DNA of 64,000 nucleotides from an uncultured Alphaproteobacteria bacterium (GTDB taxonomy: Bacteria; Pseudomonadota; Alphaproteobacteria; CAAHEQ01; UBA3637): positions 44,631 to 108,630 of the forward strand of contig CAKQGY010000004.1 in NCBI GenBank assembly GCA_934234055.1, in the 5' to 3' direction. Positions 28,611 through 37,255 of the stretch are shown here, piece by piece. Below the pieces are notes generated by a model. That model was given only the letters and a program-made list of their open reading frames with translations, was not told the origin of the DNA and did no database searches. Position 1 is the first letter of the stretch. Each line of letters begins with the position of its first letter. A program made the translations under genes and the position numbers.

Positions 28611-28985
28611 ATGAAAGATTTAATTGCCACCGGCTATCGTTATCCGTATGCGTATGTTGCCTTTGGCGGCCGCCGCACGAAATGGTGGATGCGTTTTTTG
28701 AAAAGCGGCTTTTATCATTGCGCTTTGGTCTTGGGCAACGGGCGCGAGTGGGTGCTGATAGATCCGTTGATTCACTTCACGGATTTGATTGTGTTAAAGA
28801 ACGCCCCCGTGTGTGCCACCTTGCGTGCCCGGGGCTATCGTCTGGTGCGCACCACGCCCAAAGTGCCGCCCTTGTGCCACACGCCGTTCCGACCGCTCAC
28901 CTGCGTTGAAATCGTCAAGCGTTTTTTGGGTATTAACGCCCCGAAAATCTGGACTCCTTATCAACTTTTTAGATTTTTAACCTAA
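28611..28985 (+). CDS. hypothetical protein
   Basis: 124-aa ORF directly upstream of promoter copy B. No family recognised. Confidence 0.5.
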   Translation: MKDLIATGYRYPYAYVAFGGRRTKWWMRFLKSGFYHCALVLGNGREWVLIDPLIHFTDLIVLKNAPVCATLRARGYRLVRTTPKVPPLCHTPFRPLTCVEIVKRFLGINAPKIWTPYQLFRFLT

Positions 28986-28988
28986 AAA

Positions 28989-29030
28989 AGGAAAATAATC
29001 CTTGACATTCGCAAAAAAGTGTGATATAGT
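28989..29030 (+). promoter_or_regulatory. consensus extended -10 sigma70 promoter, copy B (portal operon)
   Basis: AGGAAAATAATCC-TTGACA (29002-29007), 17 nt ending in TGA, then TATAGT (29025-29030). 47 of 54 nt identical to copy A. Confidence 0.7.
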
Positions 29031-29037
29031 GATTTTT

Positions 29038-29073
29038 AGTTAGCGGCTGGGACTCTATCCGCTGACTTTTTTT
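29038..29073 (+). terminator. intrinsic terminator 1 in the portal-operon leader
   Basis: AGTTAGCGG, 12-nt loop, CCGCTGACT (9 bp, one G-U), running into T7. Confidence 0.6.
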
Positions 29074-29075
29074 AT

Positions 29076-29107
29076 CGGGTTAGCCCACCGGCCGACCCGT
29101 TTTTTTT
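29076..29107 (+). terminator. intrinsic terminator 2 in the portal-operon leader
   Basis: CGGGTTAGCC-cacc-GGCCGACCCG (10-position stem with one mismatch and one G-U) followed by T8. RBS AAGGAG and ATG at 29128 follow. Confidence 0.7.
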
Positions 29108-29127
29108 ATATCAGAAAAGGAGATTAT

Positions 29128-30594
29128 ATGACGGATATACAACATTTGTATCATCGTTTCCGACGTGCTCAGGCGATTCGTGCCGATTGGGAGCCCGTTT
29201 GGCAGTCGTGTTATGAATACGCCCTGCCGCATCGTGAAAGTATGTTCAACCCCACGCACACGCCGTTGGGTCATTTGTTTGACGGCACGGCGCCCGATGC
29301 CGTGGATCAGTTGGCCGCGCTTATGCTGTCCGAGCTCACGCCTCCCTGGCTGCGTTGGTTTCGCTTGACTGCCGGCACGGATTTGTCGGCCGATTCGGGC
29401 ACCCGCATTGCGCCGGATTTAGAGCACATTTCTCAGGTTGTTCAGACTCATTTTGACCGATCCAATTTCGCGTTAGAGGTGCACCAGTGTTATTTTGATC
29501 TGATTACAGCCGGCACGGCCTGCCTGTTGTTCGAGGAGGCTCCCGTCGGGTCATCTTCGGCGTTTCTGTTCACGGCGGTTCCGTTGTCTCAGGTTTATTT
29601 ATCCCAAGGTTCTTCCGGCCGCCTGGACACGACTTTCCGCCGGTGTTCACTGGATTTTGAGGCTTTTTGTGCCCGTTTTCCCGAGTTTCACTTGCCCGAT
29701 CGTCTTCCGCGCTCAGCCAACCCCGACGATGTCAAGCTGGACATTTTGGAGTCGGTCGCGCCGGCGCCGGGGGGTGGCTTTACCTACACGGCGTTTTTGA
29801 ATCCCGAGACTTTGCCGGATTTTCTGCCTCGCACGGATCTGTTGTTGCGCGAGTCGCATTATACGACATCGCCGTTCATTGCGTTTCGTTGGCTCAAAGC
29901 CCCGGGCGAGGTTTACGGTCGTTCGCCGGTGATGAAGGCACTGCCCGATATCAAGACCGCCAACAAAGTGGTTGAGTTGATTTTAAAGAACGCCTCTATT
30001 TCCGTCACGGGCATTTGGTTGGCCGAGGACGACGGCGTCTTGAATCCGGCGAACATACATTTGACTCCGGGCGCGATTATCCCCAAGGCCGTCGGTTCCA
30101 AGGGTCTCACGCCGCTGGAAGCCCCCGGCAAGTTTGATGTGTCCCAACTGGTGATAGAGGATTTGCGCAAGCGGATTCGCCACGCGCTATTGGGCGACAA
30201 ACTGGGCGAGGTCGCGACCCCCGCCATGACGGCGACCGAGGTCCTAGAGCGTTCTGACGAAATGATGCGCATATTGGGTGCGACATACGGCCGCCTGCAA
30301 ACCGAGCTGCTGACGCCGCTTTTGGCGCGTGCGGTTCAGATTTTGCGTCGTCGTGGTGAGATTCCCGAGGTGTATCTGGACGGCCGTCTGCTTGCCGTCG
30401 CGTATCAGTCTCCCCGCGCGGCCAAGCAAGGGCAGATTGACGCCAACAACGCGCTTTTGTGGCTGACGAATGTGGCCAAGCTCGGCGAGTCGGGCCTGTC
30501 GCAGATTGACATCGGCACATTTGTGCGGTGGCTGGGGGACAAGCTCGGCGTGCCTGATTCGGTTCTTTCCCCGCCGATGGGAGGGATTCAATGA
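29128..30594 (+). CDS. phage portal (head-tail connector) protein, podovirus type
   Basis: 488 aa, first gene of the operon. N-terminus LYHRFRRAQAIRADWEPVWQSCYEYALPHRE recalls T7-type connector proteins. Followed by scaffold-like and capsid genes. Confidence 0.6.
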   Translation: MTDIQHLYHRFRRAQAIRADWEPVWQSCYEYALPHRESMFNPTHTPLGHLFDGTAPDAVDQLAALMLSELTPPWLRWFRLTAGTDLSADSGTRIAPDLEHISQVVQTHFDRSNFALEVHQCYFDLITAGTACLLFEEAPVGSSSAFLFTAVPLSQVYLSQGSSGRLDTTFRRCSLDFEAFCARFPEFHLPDRLPRSANPDDVKLDILESVAPAPGGGFTYTAFLNPETLPDFLPRTDLLLRESHYTTSPFIAFRWLKAPGEVYGRSPVMKALPDIKTANKVVELILKNASISVTGIWLAEDDGVLNPANIHLTPGAIIPKAVGSKGLTPLEAPGKFDVSQLVIEDLRKRIRHALLGDKLGEVATPAMTATEVLERSDEMMRILGATYGRLQTELLTPLLARAVQILRRRGEIPEVYLDGRLLAVAYQSPRAAKQGQIDANNALLWLTNVAKLGESGLSQIDIGTFVRWLGDKLGVPDSVLSPPMGGIQ

Positions 30595-30797
30595 CCGCCG
30601 CCGCCTTTGCCCGCCTGTTTAACCGGCCCGAGGCCGCCGCGGTTTTATCCGCCCTCCGGCGCCTCACTCAGCAGCGTGTTTTGCCGCCCACCGCCTCCGA
30701 TCGCGAGGTTTGGTATCTGGAAGGCCAGCGCGCGCTTTTCGCAACCATTTTATCATTCATTCAACAAGGTCAACAACCCAAGGAGAAACAACCATGA
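30591..30797 (+). CDS. hypothetical phage protein
   Basis: 68 aa. ATGA overlap with the portal stop. Confidence 0.45.
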   Translation: MTAAAFARLFNRPEAAAVLSALRRLTQQRVLPPTASDREVWYLEGQRALFATILSFIQQGQQPKEKQP

Positions 30798-31489
30798 CCC
30801 AAACAAACCAACAACCGCAAACGCCGGCCGCCGTGCCGACATCTGACACACCCGTCCCGTCCAAGTTCCAAAATCCGGACGGCAGCCTCAATTCGGACGC
30901 GCTGTTAAAGTCCTATTTGGCGCTGGAAAAGAAGTTGGGCGATTCGGCCAAATCCCCGTCCGCTGCGGGATCGCGCCCGGACAAGCCGACCGATTACGAT
31001 ATCCGATTGTCCAGCGACCTGATGCATGTGGACGAATCGATCAACAAACGCCTGTTTGACCTTGGTTTCACCAACGCCCAGGCACAATTTGTCTATGACT
31101 TGGCGGCCGAGAAAGTCATTCCGCTGTTGCAAAATGTGATTCAGACATTCCAAACGGATCGTGCGTTATCGGATTTAGAGCAGTATTTCGGCGGAGCAGA
31201 TCGCTTCAACACGGTCGCGCGCCAGATTTCCGCCTGGGGAGAAAAGCACTTAAACCGCTCGGTTTTTGAAGCCCTTTCCGCCAGTAAGGACGGCATTCTC
31301 ACGCTTTACAAGATGATGACCGACGGGCGCGAGCCGGGCGTGCTGCCGCCCGCTGATTCGAGCGAACCGGCCGACACCGAAGAGTCTTTGAAACGCCTGA
31401 TGCAGGATCCCAAGTATTGGAAAAAGCAGGATCCCGATCTGGTGCGCCGCATAGAAAACGGGTTCAAGCGTCTCTATCCGGCTCAATAG
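30794..31489 (+). CDS. capsid scaffolding-like protein
   Basis: 231 aa from the ATG after AGGAGA. Gln/Pro-rich N-terminus, otherwise helical and charged. Position between portal and capsid as in T7 gp9. Confidence 0.45.
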   Translation: MTQTNQQPQTPAAVPTSDTPVPSKFQNPDGSLNSDALLKSYLALEKKLGDSAKSPSAAGSRPDKPTDYDIRLSSDLMHVDESINKRLFDLGFTNAQAQFVYDLAAEKVIPLLQNVIQTFQTDRALSDLEQYFGGADRFNTVARQISAWGEKHLNRSVFEALSASKDGILTLYKMMTDGREPGVLPPADSSEPADTEESLKRLMQDPKYWKKQDPDLVRRIENGFKRLYPAQ

Positions 31490-31639
31490 TTTCGGGCGGA
31501 TAACTCTTTCGAGCCCGCCTATGGGGCACCGTCCTCGTCGGGATTGTGCCTGTTTTGGGGATTCGTCCCCGCTTGTCGTGCGGCGACCTTTGGCCATAAC
31601 CGCCGACATTTTTTTTAACATTATGAAAGGAAAAAACTT

Positions 31640-32485
31640 ATGACAACAACAACGATTGATGCGTCATTCATCAAACATTTTGAAGCCGACGTGCACACCG
31701 CCTATCAGCAACAAGGCTCCAAACTCAAAAACACGGTCCGGTCCAAGACCAATGTCGCCGGTGCTTCCACGACTTTCCAAGTCATCGGCACCATGGCCGC
31801 CACGACCAAAACGCGTAATGCCCAGATTACTTCATCGGCTGTCACACACGCGCCGGTTGAATGCACACTGACGGATTATTATGCCGGCGAATGGGTGGAT
31901 CAGCTGGACGAATTAAAAGTCGGCCATGACGAGCGCAAAGCCCTGGCTTCGGCGGGTGCGTATGCCCTGGGGCGCAAGACGGACGACCTGATTATTGCCG
32001 CGCTCAACACGGCGACGCAAACGGCCGGCACCAAGGCCGAAGCGCTTACCAAAGACCGGATCTTACAGGCTTTCACGATCTTAAACGAAAACGATGTGCC
32101 AGACGACGGCGAACGGTATGCGCTGGTCGGACCGGATCAATGGAATCAACTGCTGTCTATTGAGGAGTTCTCGTCCGCCAACTATGTGGGCGATGCGTAT
32201 CCGATGCTGACCGGTTCCGAAAGTCGCAAGTGGATGGGGATTGTCTGGATTATGCACAATGCTTTGCCCAAGACAACCACAACCCACACTTGCTTTATTT
32301 ACCACAAATCCGCCGTCGGCCATGCTTCGGGTCAGGATATCCAAACCGATATCACCTGGCACGGCGACTATGCGGCTCACTTTGTCAATAATATGATGAG
32401 CCAAGGTGCCTGCCTCATAGATCCCAAGGGCGTCGTTAAAATGGAGTGCCTGGACACCCCGCCGACGACAACCGGCAACGGCTGA
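31640..32485 (+). CDS. major capsid protein
   Basis: 281 aa. N-terminus IDASFIKHFEADVHTAYQQQGSKLKNTVRSKTNVAGASTTFQVIG resembles P22-coat/HK97-fold podoviral capsids as I recall them. A strong terminator lies directly downstream. Confidence 0.6.
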   Translation: MTTTTIDASFIKHFEADVHTAYQQQGSKLKNTVRSKTNVAGASTTFQVIGTMAATTKTRNAQITSSAVTHAPVECTLTDYYAGEWVDQLDELKVGHDERKALASAGAYALGRKTDDLIIAALNTATQTAGTKAEALTKDRILQAFTILNENDVPDDGERYALVGPDQWNQLLSIEEFSSANYVGDAYPMLTGSESRKWMGIVWIMHNALPKTTTTHTCFIYHKSAVGHASGQDIQTDITWHGDYAAHFVNNMMSQGACLIDPKGVVKMECLDTPPTTTGNG

Positions 32486-32506
32486 TAGCAACCATGCAAC
32501 CACGGG

Positions 32507-32540
32507 GGAGGGGAGGGTTATCCTCTCCTCCTTTTTTTTT
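32507..32540 (+). terminator. intrinsic terminator directly after the capsid gene
   Basis: GGAGGGGAGG-gttat-CCTCTCCTCC followed by T9, 22 nt after the stop. Confidence 0.7.
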
Positions 32541-32557
32541 AACAGGAGTTTTTTGAT

Positions 32558-33127
32558 ATGACTTTTTCCGCAACAGATATTTGCTCGCATGCGCTGGTAA
32601 AATTGGGGGCCGGCACGATTTCGTCGTTTTCCGAGAACACGACCGGAGCCCGCATTGCCGAGCAACTTTACACCCCCACCACCGACGCGCTTTTGGCGTC
32701 TTATCCGTGGCGTTTTGCCTTGGCGCAAAGTGTGCTTGCGCGCCTGGCCGATACGCCGGCGTCCGATTATCGGTATGCGTATGCTCTGCCGGCGGATTGC
32801 CTGCGTGTGTTATCGGCCGGCACCGGCACGCACAGCCGCGGGCTCAACTACCGCTTGACCGGCCAGCAATTACACACTGACGCCGAGCAGGTCTTGCTGA
32901 CTTATATTTCCCGTCCGGCCGAGCGCCAATTCCCGGCCTTTTTCACCCAAGCCCTGACCGCCCAGCTGGCCGCCGAGTTTTGCCTGCCGCTGACCGAAAG
33001 CACGACCCGAACGGATTATTTGCGCAAGATTGCCACCGAGACGATTCAGCAAGCCCGCCTTGCCGACAGCCAGCAATCCGTTCCTTCGTCGTTTCAGGAT
33101 TTTTCATTGATTGAGGTGCGCCAATGA
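32558..33127 (+). CDS. tail tubular protein A / adaptor-like
   Basis: 189 aa. ICSHALVKLGAGTISSFSENTTGARIAEQLY...ASYPWRFA pattern. Size and position match T7 gp11-type proteins. Confidence 0.5.
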   Translation: MTFSATDICSHALVKLGAGTISSFSENTTGARIAEQLYTPTTDALLASYPWRFALAQSVLARLADTPASDYRYAYALPADCLRVLSAGTGTHSRGLNYRLTGQQLHTDAEQVLLTYISRPAERQFPAFFTQALTAQLAAEFCLPLTESTTRTDYLRKIATETIQQARLADSQQSVPSSFQDFSLIEVRQ

Positions 33128-35043
33128 CGAACCTGTTCACGACCAAGACAAATTTTTCCGCCGGAGCGCTTTCGCCGGATCTGCTGGGTCGCGTAGACCT
33201 CAAATCGTATGACAACGGCGCGCTGGTGCTTGAAAATGTGTTTATTCAACCAACTGGCGGGGTCTATCGGCGTTTCGGCACGCGCTACCTGGCGGATTTT
33301 GCGACTTCCGGCCGCCTGATTGCCTATACCAAAAGCGCGTCTGAATCCTATCTCATCGTGCTTCAAGATCAATCCGCCCGCATTTACCGCGACGGCGTAT
33401 TGCAAACCACGCTGGAAACCCCGTGGAGCGCGTCCCAAATAGCGTCGGTTTGTTGGTGCTCGGGGGGCGATGCGCTTTATTTCACGCACCCCGATGTCGC
33501 CCCGCAAAGGCTCACCGGCTCGGGCAACAGCTGGATCTTGTCCGCCTTTACTTTTTTGACCGAGGATCAGTGCCTGCGCCAGCCCTATCATCGATTTTCG
33601 GATGATTCCACGACTTTGTCCGCGTCGGCCGTCACGGGCAGTATTACGCTGACAGCCTCATCCGATGTGTTTTTGAATCGCCATATCGGCACGCCGTTCA
33701 AGGTTGCCGCGGGCTATGTCCAAATCACGGCGGTTGAATCGCCCCGTTCGGCCACCGCCACCGTGCTGAAAAAGCTGGTCGAGTCCGCCGGCGATACCGA
33801 CAGTCTTGCTCCGACGCGCAGTTGGGGCGAGCCGGCATTTTCCGCCGCATACGGTTGGCCGCGCACGGTTGCGTTTTATCAGTCGCGCCTGGTTTTCGGC
33901 GGTAGCAAAAGTCTCCCCAACCACCTGTGGTTCAGCCAATCCGGCGACCTCACGAACTTTGAGCTCGGCGACGGCTATGATTCCGAGGGGATTGAGTTTT
34001 CGCTGCTCTCTGATCAAGACAACACGATCTGTGCGTTATTTGCCGGCCGTCATTTACAGGTGTTCACCACGAATGCCGAGTGGATGGTTTCCGGCGATCC
34101 GCTGACGCCCACGAATATCCAGCTCAAACGCCAGACTCAGGTCGGTTCTCCCGCGGATCGTTTTGTGCCCCCCATCGGCATAGACGGCGCCACGATTTTC
34201 CCGGCTGCCAACGGGCGCGAGGTGCGCGAGTTCCTTTTTGCGGATATTGAGCAAGCCTACCAGGCCACCGACTTGTCATTATTGTCGTCGCACCTGATTG
34301 CCACGCCGGTGGATCAGGCGTATGACAAACATCATCGCCAAGCCTACCTTGTTATGGCCGACGGACGCCTGTGTGTGCTGACCAGTTTCCGAGCCGAGGA
34401 CATCCAAAGCTGGACCGACCAGACCACAGCCGGTGCGTTTTTATCCGTCGCCGTTGCGGGGGCTAAAACCTACCTGCTGGTGCGGCGCGGTGATCGGTAT
34501 TATTTAGAGGAGTTCACGCCGGATCTTCATACAGACTGCGGCTTTTTGCTGACGGCCGAAACCCCGACCACGACCTTTACGGGCCTGGCACCCTTAAACG
34601 GCCAAACGGTCAAGGTTCTTGCCGACGGCACGCCGATGCCCGACATGGTTGTCGCAAACGGACAAATCATACTTCCGTATGCGGCACGACGGGTTGAGGT
34701 GGGTCTTCCGTTCACACACGACATTACGCCCCTGCCGCCCGCCGTCGGAGCCAGCAACGGCGCCGCTCCCGTCTCGTCTGCGCGCTTGGTCAAAGCGGTG
34801 TTTCGCCTGATAGACACTTGTTCGTTTCAGGTCGACACCGGCACCGGTTTTCATCAAGAATTGGTGCCGACCTTGTCGGATTATCGGCTGGATACGCAAT
34901 TGCCCGCTCAAACGGCGGACATAGCCATACGATCGTTGGGGTGGCGAACGACACCCACGGCACCGTTATGGCACATTCGCGGGGATTTACCCCAATCATT
35001 CAAACTCGTCAGTGCCACCACTGACATACAAATCGGAGGATAA
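33124..35043 (+). CDS. tail tubular protein B / nozzle-like
   Basis: 639 aa. N-terminus NFSAGALSPDLLGRVDLKSYDNGALVLENVFIQPTGGVYRRFG. Position after the adaptor-like gene. ATGA coupling. Confidence 0.5.
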   Translation: MTNLFTTKTNFSAGALSPDLLGRVDLKSYDNGALVLENVFIQPTGGVYRRFGTRYLADFATSGRLIAYTKSASESYLIVLQDQSARIYRDGVLQTTLETPWSASQIASVCWCSGGDALYFTHPDVAPQRLTGSGNSWILSAFTFLTEDQCLRQPYHRFSDDSTTLSASAVTGSITLTASSDVFLNRHIGTPFKVAAGYVQITAVESPRSATATVLKKLVESAGDTDSLAPTRSWGEPAFSAAYGWPRTVAFYQSRLVFGGSKSLPNHLWFSQSGDLTNFELGDGYDSEGIEFSLLSDQDNTICALFAGRHLQVFTTNAEWMVSGDPLTPTNIQLKRQTQVGSPADRFVPPIGIDGATIFPAANGREVREFLFADIEQAYQATDLSLLSSHLIATPVDQAYDKHHRQAYLVMADGRLCVLTSFRAEDIQSWTDQTTAGAFLSVAVAGAKTYLLVRRGDRYYLEEFTPDLHTDCGFLLTAETPTTTFTGLAPLNGQTVKVLADGTPMPDMVVANGQIILPYAARRVEVGLPFTHDITPLPPAVGASNGAAPVSSARLVKAVFRLIDTCSFQVDTGTGFHQELVPTLSDYRLDTQLPAQTADIAIRSLGWRTTPTAPLWHIRGDLPQSFKLVSATTDIQIGG

Positions 35044-35044
35044 T

Positions 35045-35521
35045 ATGGAAGCTGCCCCAATCATCGCCGTTGCAGCAACGGCAACCGCTGCTTATTACAG
35101 CAAGAAGAATATGGATACCCAACGCAAGGAAGTCAAGGCCGCCCGTGCCGCCAATGCGCGCCAGTATGATCTGGACGCGGCTCAGGCCCGCCTGGCTCTT
35201 GAAGAGGAACAGCGCAAGAATCGCAATCTGCTGCGCCAACAACAATCCGCCTATCGGGCGCGATTGGGGGCGGGGGGAATGAGTGCGACTTCCGGCACCG
35301 GCCAAGCGGTTTTGGATTCGCTCCAAGCCGAGCACGATACCGAGGACAAGTATCTTGTCAATCAGGCCAACATCTCGCTGGAAGCGCTGCTCAACAGTGT
35401 GAATGCGCGCAACACGCAAAACCTGCTGTCGTTGTCGGCGTTGAATAATCGAACGAACGCCAACACCGCCTCGGCCATCAGCCGTATTTCCACATCGGCC
35501 GGCCGTTCGGTCTTAAAGTAA
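35045..35521 (+). CDS. internal virion / membrane-anchored coiled-coil protein
   Basis: 158 aa from the ATG after GGAGGA. N-terminal TM segment followed by a Gln/Arg-rich coiled coil. Confidence 0.4.
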   Translation: MEAAPIIAVAATATAAYYSKKNMDTQRKEVKAARAANARQYDLDAAQARLALEEEQRKNRNLLRQQQSAYRARLGAGGMSATSGTGQAVLDSLQAEHDTEDKYLVNQANISLEALLNSVNARNTQNLLSLSALNNRTNANTASAISRISTSAGRSVLK

Positions 35522-35534
35522 AGGAGAGCCCGCT

Positions 35535-35855
35535 ATGCCGGATCAGGAAGATACTTTTTCGGATTTGCGTGCCCCTTTAACCGAGGCTTTGCATCAGGCT
35601 TTGACTTCCTATCTGGCGTTTCGGGCAACCCCTGCGCCGCTGGATGATGCCAAAGCCTTTACCGCGCACCACAACGCGTGCAAGTCTGCTTTATTGCATA
35701 TGGCACTTTTGCTTAAACTGTCGTTGGCGTTGGATCGCCCGCGACAGGAAACAACGATGACTGATTGGCTGGATTTGGCCCGTCAGGCTCTTGAAAACGA
35801 GGATACAGATGACACAAACATCACATCGCCCGACACGCCGCTCGTCTTTGAGTGA
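35535..35855 (+). CDS. hypothetical protein (possible small terminase subunit)
   Basis: 106 aa, AGGAGA RBS. Its end overlaps the terminase large-subunit start. Assignment is by position only. Confidence 0.35.
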   Translation: MPDQEDTFSDLRAPLTEALHQALTSYLAFRATPAPLDDAKAFTAHHNACKSALLHMALLLKLSLALDRPRQETTMTDWLDLARQALENEDTDDTNITSPDTPLVFE

Positions 35856-37254
35856 GTTTGTCTGGATTTGGGATCGGACTCAGGGCTTGTCCATTCCCAA
35901 ACACCACCGCAAGATGATACGCTTTTTATCATTTTTGCAAGCCCCCGATTCGCCACGCAACGGGCTTTTAATGGCCTTTCGCAATTCCGGAAAATCGACA
36001 CTGGTGGGGTTATTTTGCGCGTGGCTTTTAACGCGCAACGCCAACACCCGTATTTTAATTTTATCGGCCGATTATGCGTTGGCCAAGAAAATGGTTCATC
36101 ACATTAAACAGGTGATAGAACACCACCCCCTGTGTGCGGGTCTCAAACCCCCGACACTGGAAGAGTGGGCTTCTGACCGTTTTACGGTGTGCCGCTCCAA
36201 ACACTTGCGCGATCCGTCTGTGTTGGCTCATGGCCTGATGGGGAATATAACGGGTTGCCGCGCCGATGTCATCATTTGCGATGATGTCGAGGTTCCCAAA
36301 ACCTGCGCCACCACGGCGCGCCGGGCGGATTTGCGGCAAAAATTGGGCGAGCTGGATTATATCCTGACCCCGGGCGGCATCTTTTTGTATGTCGGCACCC
36401 CGCATGCCTCGGATACGATTTACAATACCGAGGCCGGCGGATTTTTGGCCGATTGGCCGGTGCTGCGTGTGCCGCTGCTGACGGCCGACGGCACTTCGGC
36501 GTGGCCCGAACGGTTCAGTTTGGCGCGCATACAAAACCTGCGCCGCCGATCGGGCGCCACCCGATTTCGCAGCCAAATGCTGCTGGAACCAACGGCATGG
36601 ACCGCCTGTCGCCTGGATCCCGCCCGCCTGCATATCTATGACGGCGAGTTGAATTATCGCGAAGCCAACGGCCAAGGCATTTTAACCTTAAACGGCCGGC
36701 GATTGGTGAACGGGGCGTGTTGGTGGGATCCGGCGTTTGGGGCTCCCACCGGGGATCGCAGCGTCGTCGCCTGCGTCTTTTTTGACGAAGCCGGCAATGC
36801 CTATATCCACCGAGTGCAGTATTTAACCGTCCCGCCCGCGGCCGAGGCCACCGCCAGCCAATGTGCCCAGGTCGCGGGTCTGGTGGCGGAATGTTATATG
36901 CCCGCAGTGCATCTGGAAAGCAACGGCATCGGCAAGTTTTTGCCCGCCCTGTTGCGCCGGGAATTGACCCGCCGGCGGCTGCCCTGCACCGTGTTGGAAG
37001 AAACCAGCAGCCGCAGCAAAACCGAGCGTATTTTATCCGCCTGGGAGGCGCCGCTGATGAACGGGTCGCTGTTTATTCATCGCTCGATTCGGGAAACGCC
37101 GCTGTTGCGGGAAATGCAAGATTGGCGCCCGTTCGGCGACCGGGTCCACGATGACGGCCTGGACGCGGTGGCGGGTGCTTTGTTATCAACACCGGTGCGA
37201 CTGGGGCGTTTTCCGAACAGCACCCCGCAGGCACCGTTTTTATGGAGGATTTAA
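35809..37254 (+). CDS. terminase large subunit
   Basis: About 481 aa. Walker A FRNSGKST, Walker B DVIICDDVE, C-terminal nuclease-like half. ATG after GAGGA; the track start at 35791 is TTG. Confidence 0.75.
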   Translation: MTQTSHRPTRRSSLSEFVWIWDRTQGLSIPKHHRKMIRFLSFLQAPDSPRNGLLMAFRNSGKSTLVGLFCAWLLTRNANTRILILSADYALAKKMVHHIKQVIEHHPLCAGLKPPTLEEWASDRFTVCRSKHLRDPSVLAHGLMGNITGCRADVIICDDVEVPKTCATTARRADLRQKLGELDYILTPGGIFLYVGTPHASDTIYNTEAGGFLADWPVLRVPLLTADGTSAWPERFSLARIQNLRRRSGATRFRSQMLLEPTAWTACRLDPARLHIYDGELNYREANGQGILTLNGRRLVNGACWWDPAFGAPTGDRSVVACVFFDEAGNAYIHRVQYLTVPPAAEATASQCAQVAGLVAECYMPAVHLESNGIGKFLPALLRRELTRRRLPCTVLEETSSRSKTERILSAWEAPLMNGSLFIHRSIRETPLLREMQDWRPFGDRVHDDGLDAVAGALLSTPVRLGRFPNSTPQAPFLWRI

Positions 37255-37255
37255 G

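Noticed and set aside
17840-29130. CtrA-type boxes (TTAA-N7-TTAA) near the two shared promoters, as in RcGTA regulation
   Set aside because: Scanning by eye, I found no correctly spaced full site within about 100 nt of either promoter. The TTAA-TT-TTAA at about 28208 has the wrong spacing. A proper PWM scan is still needed.
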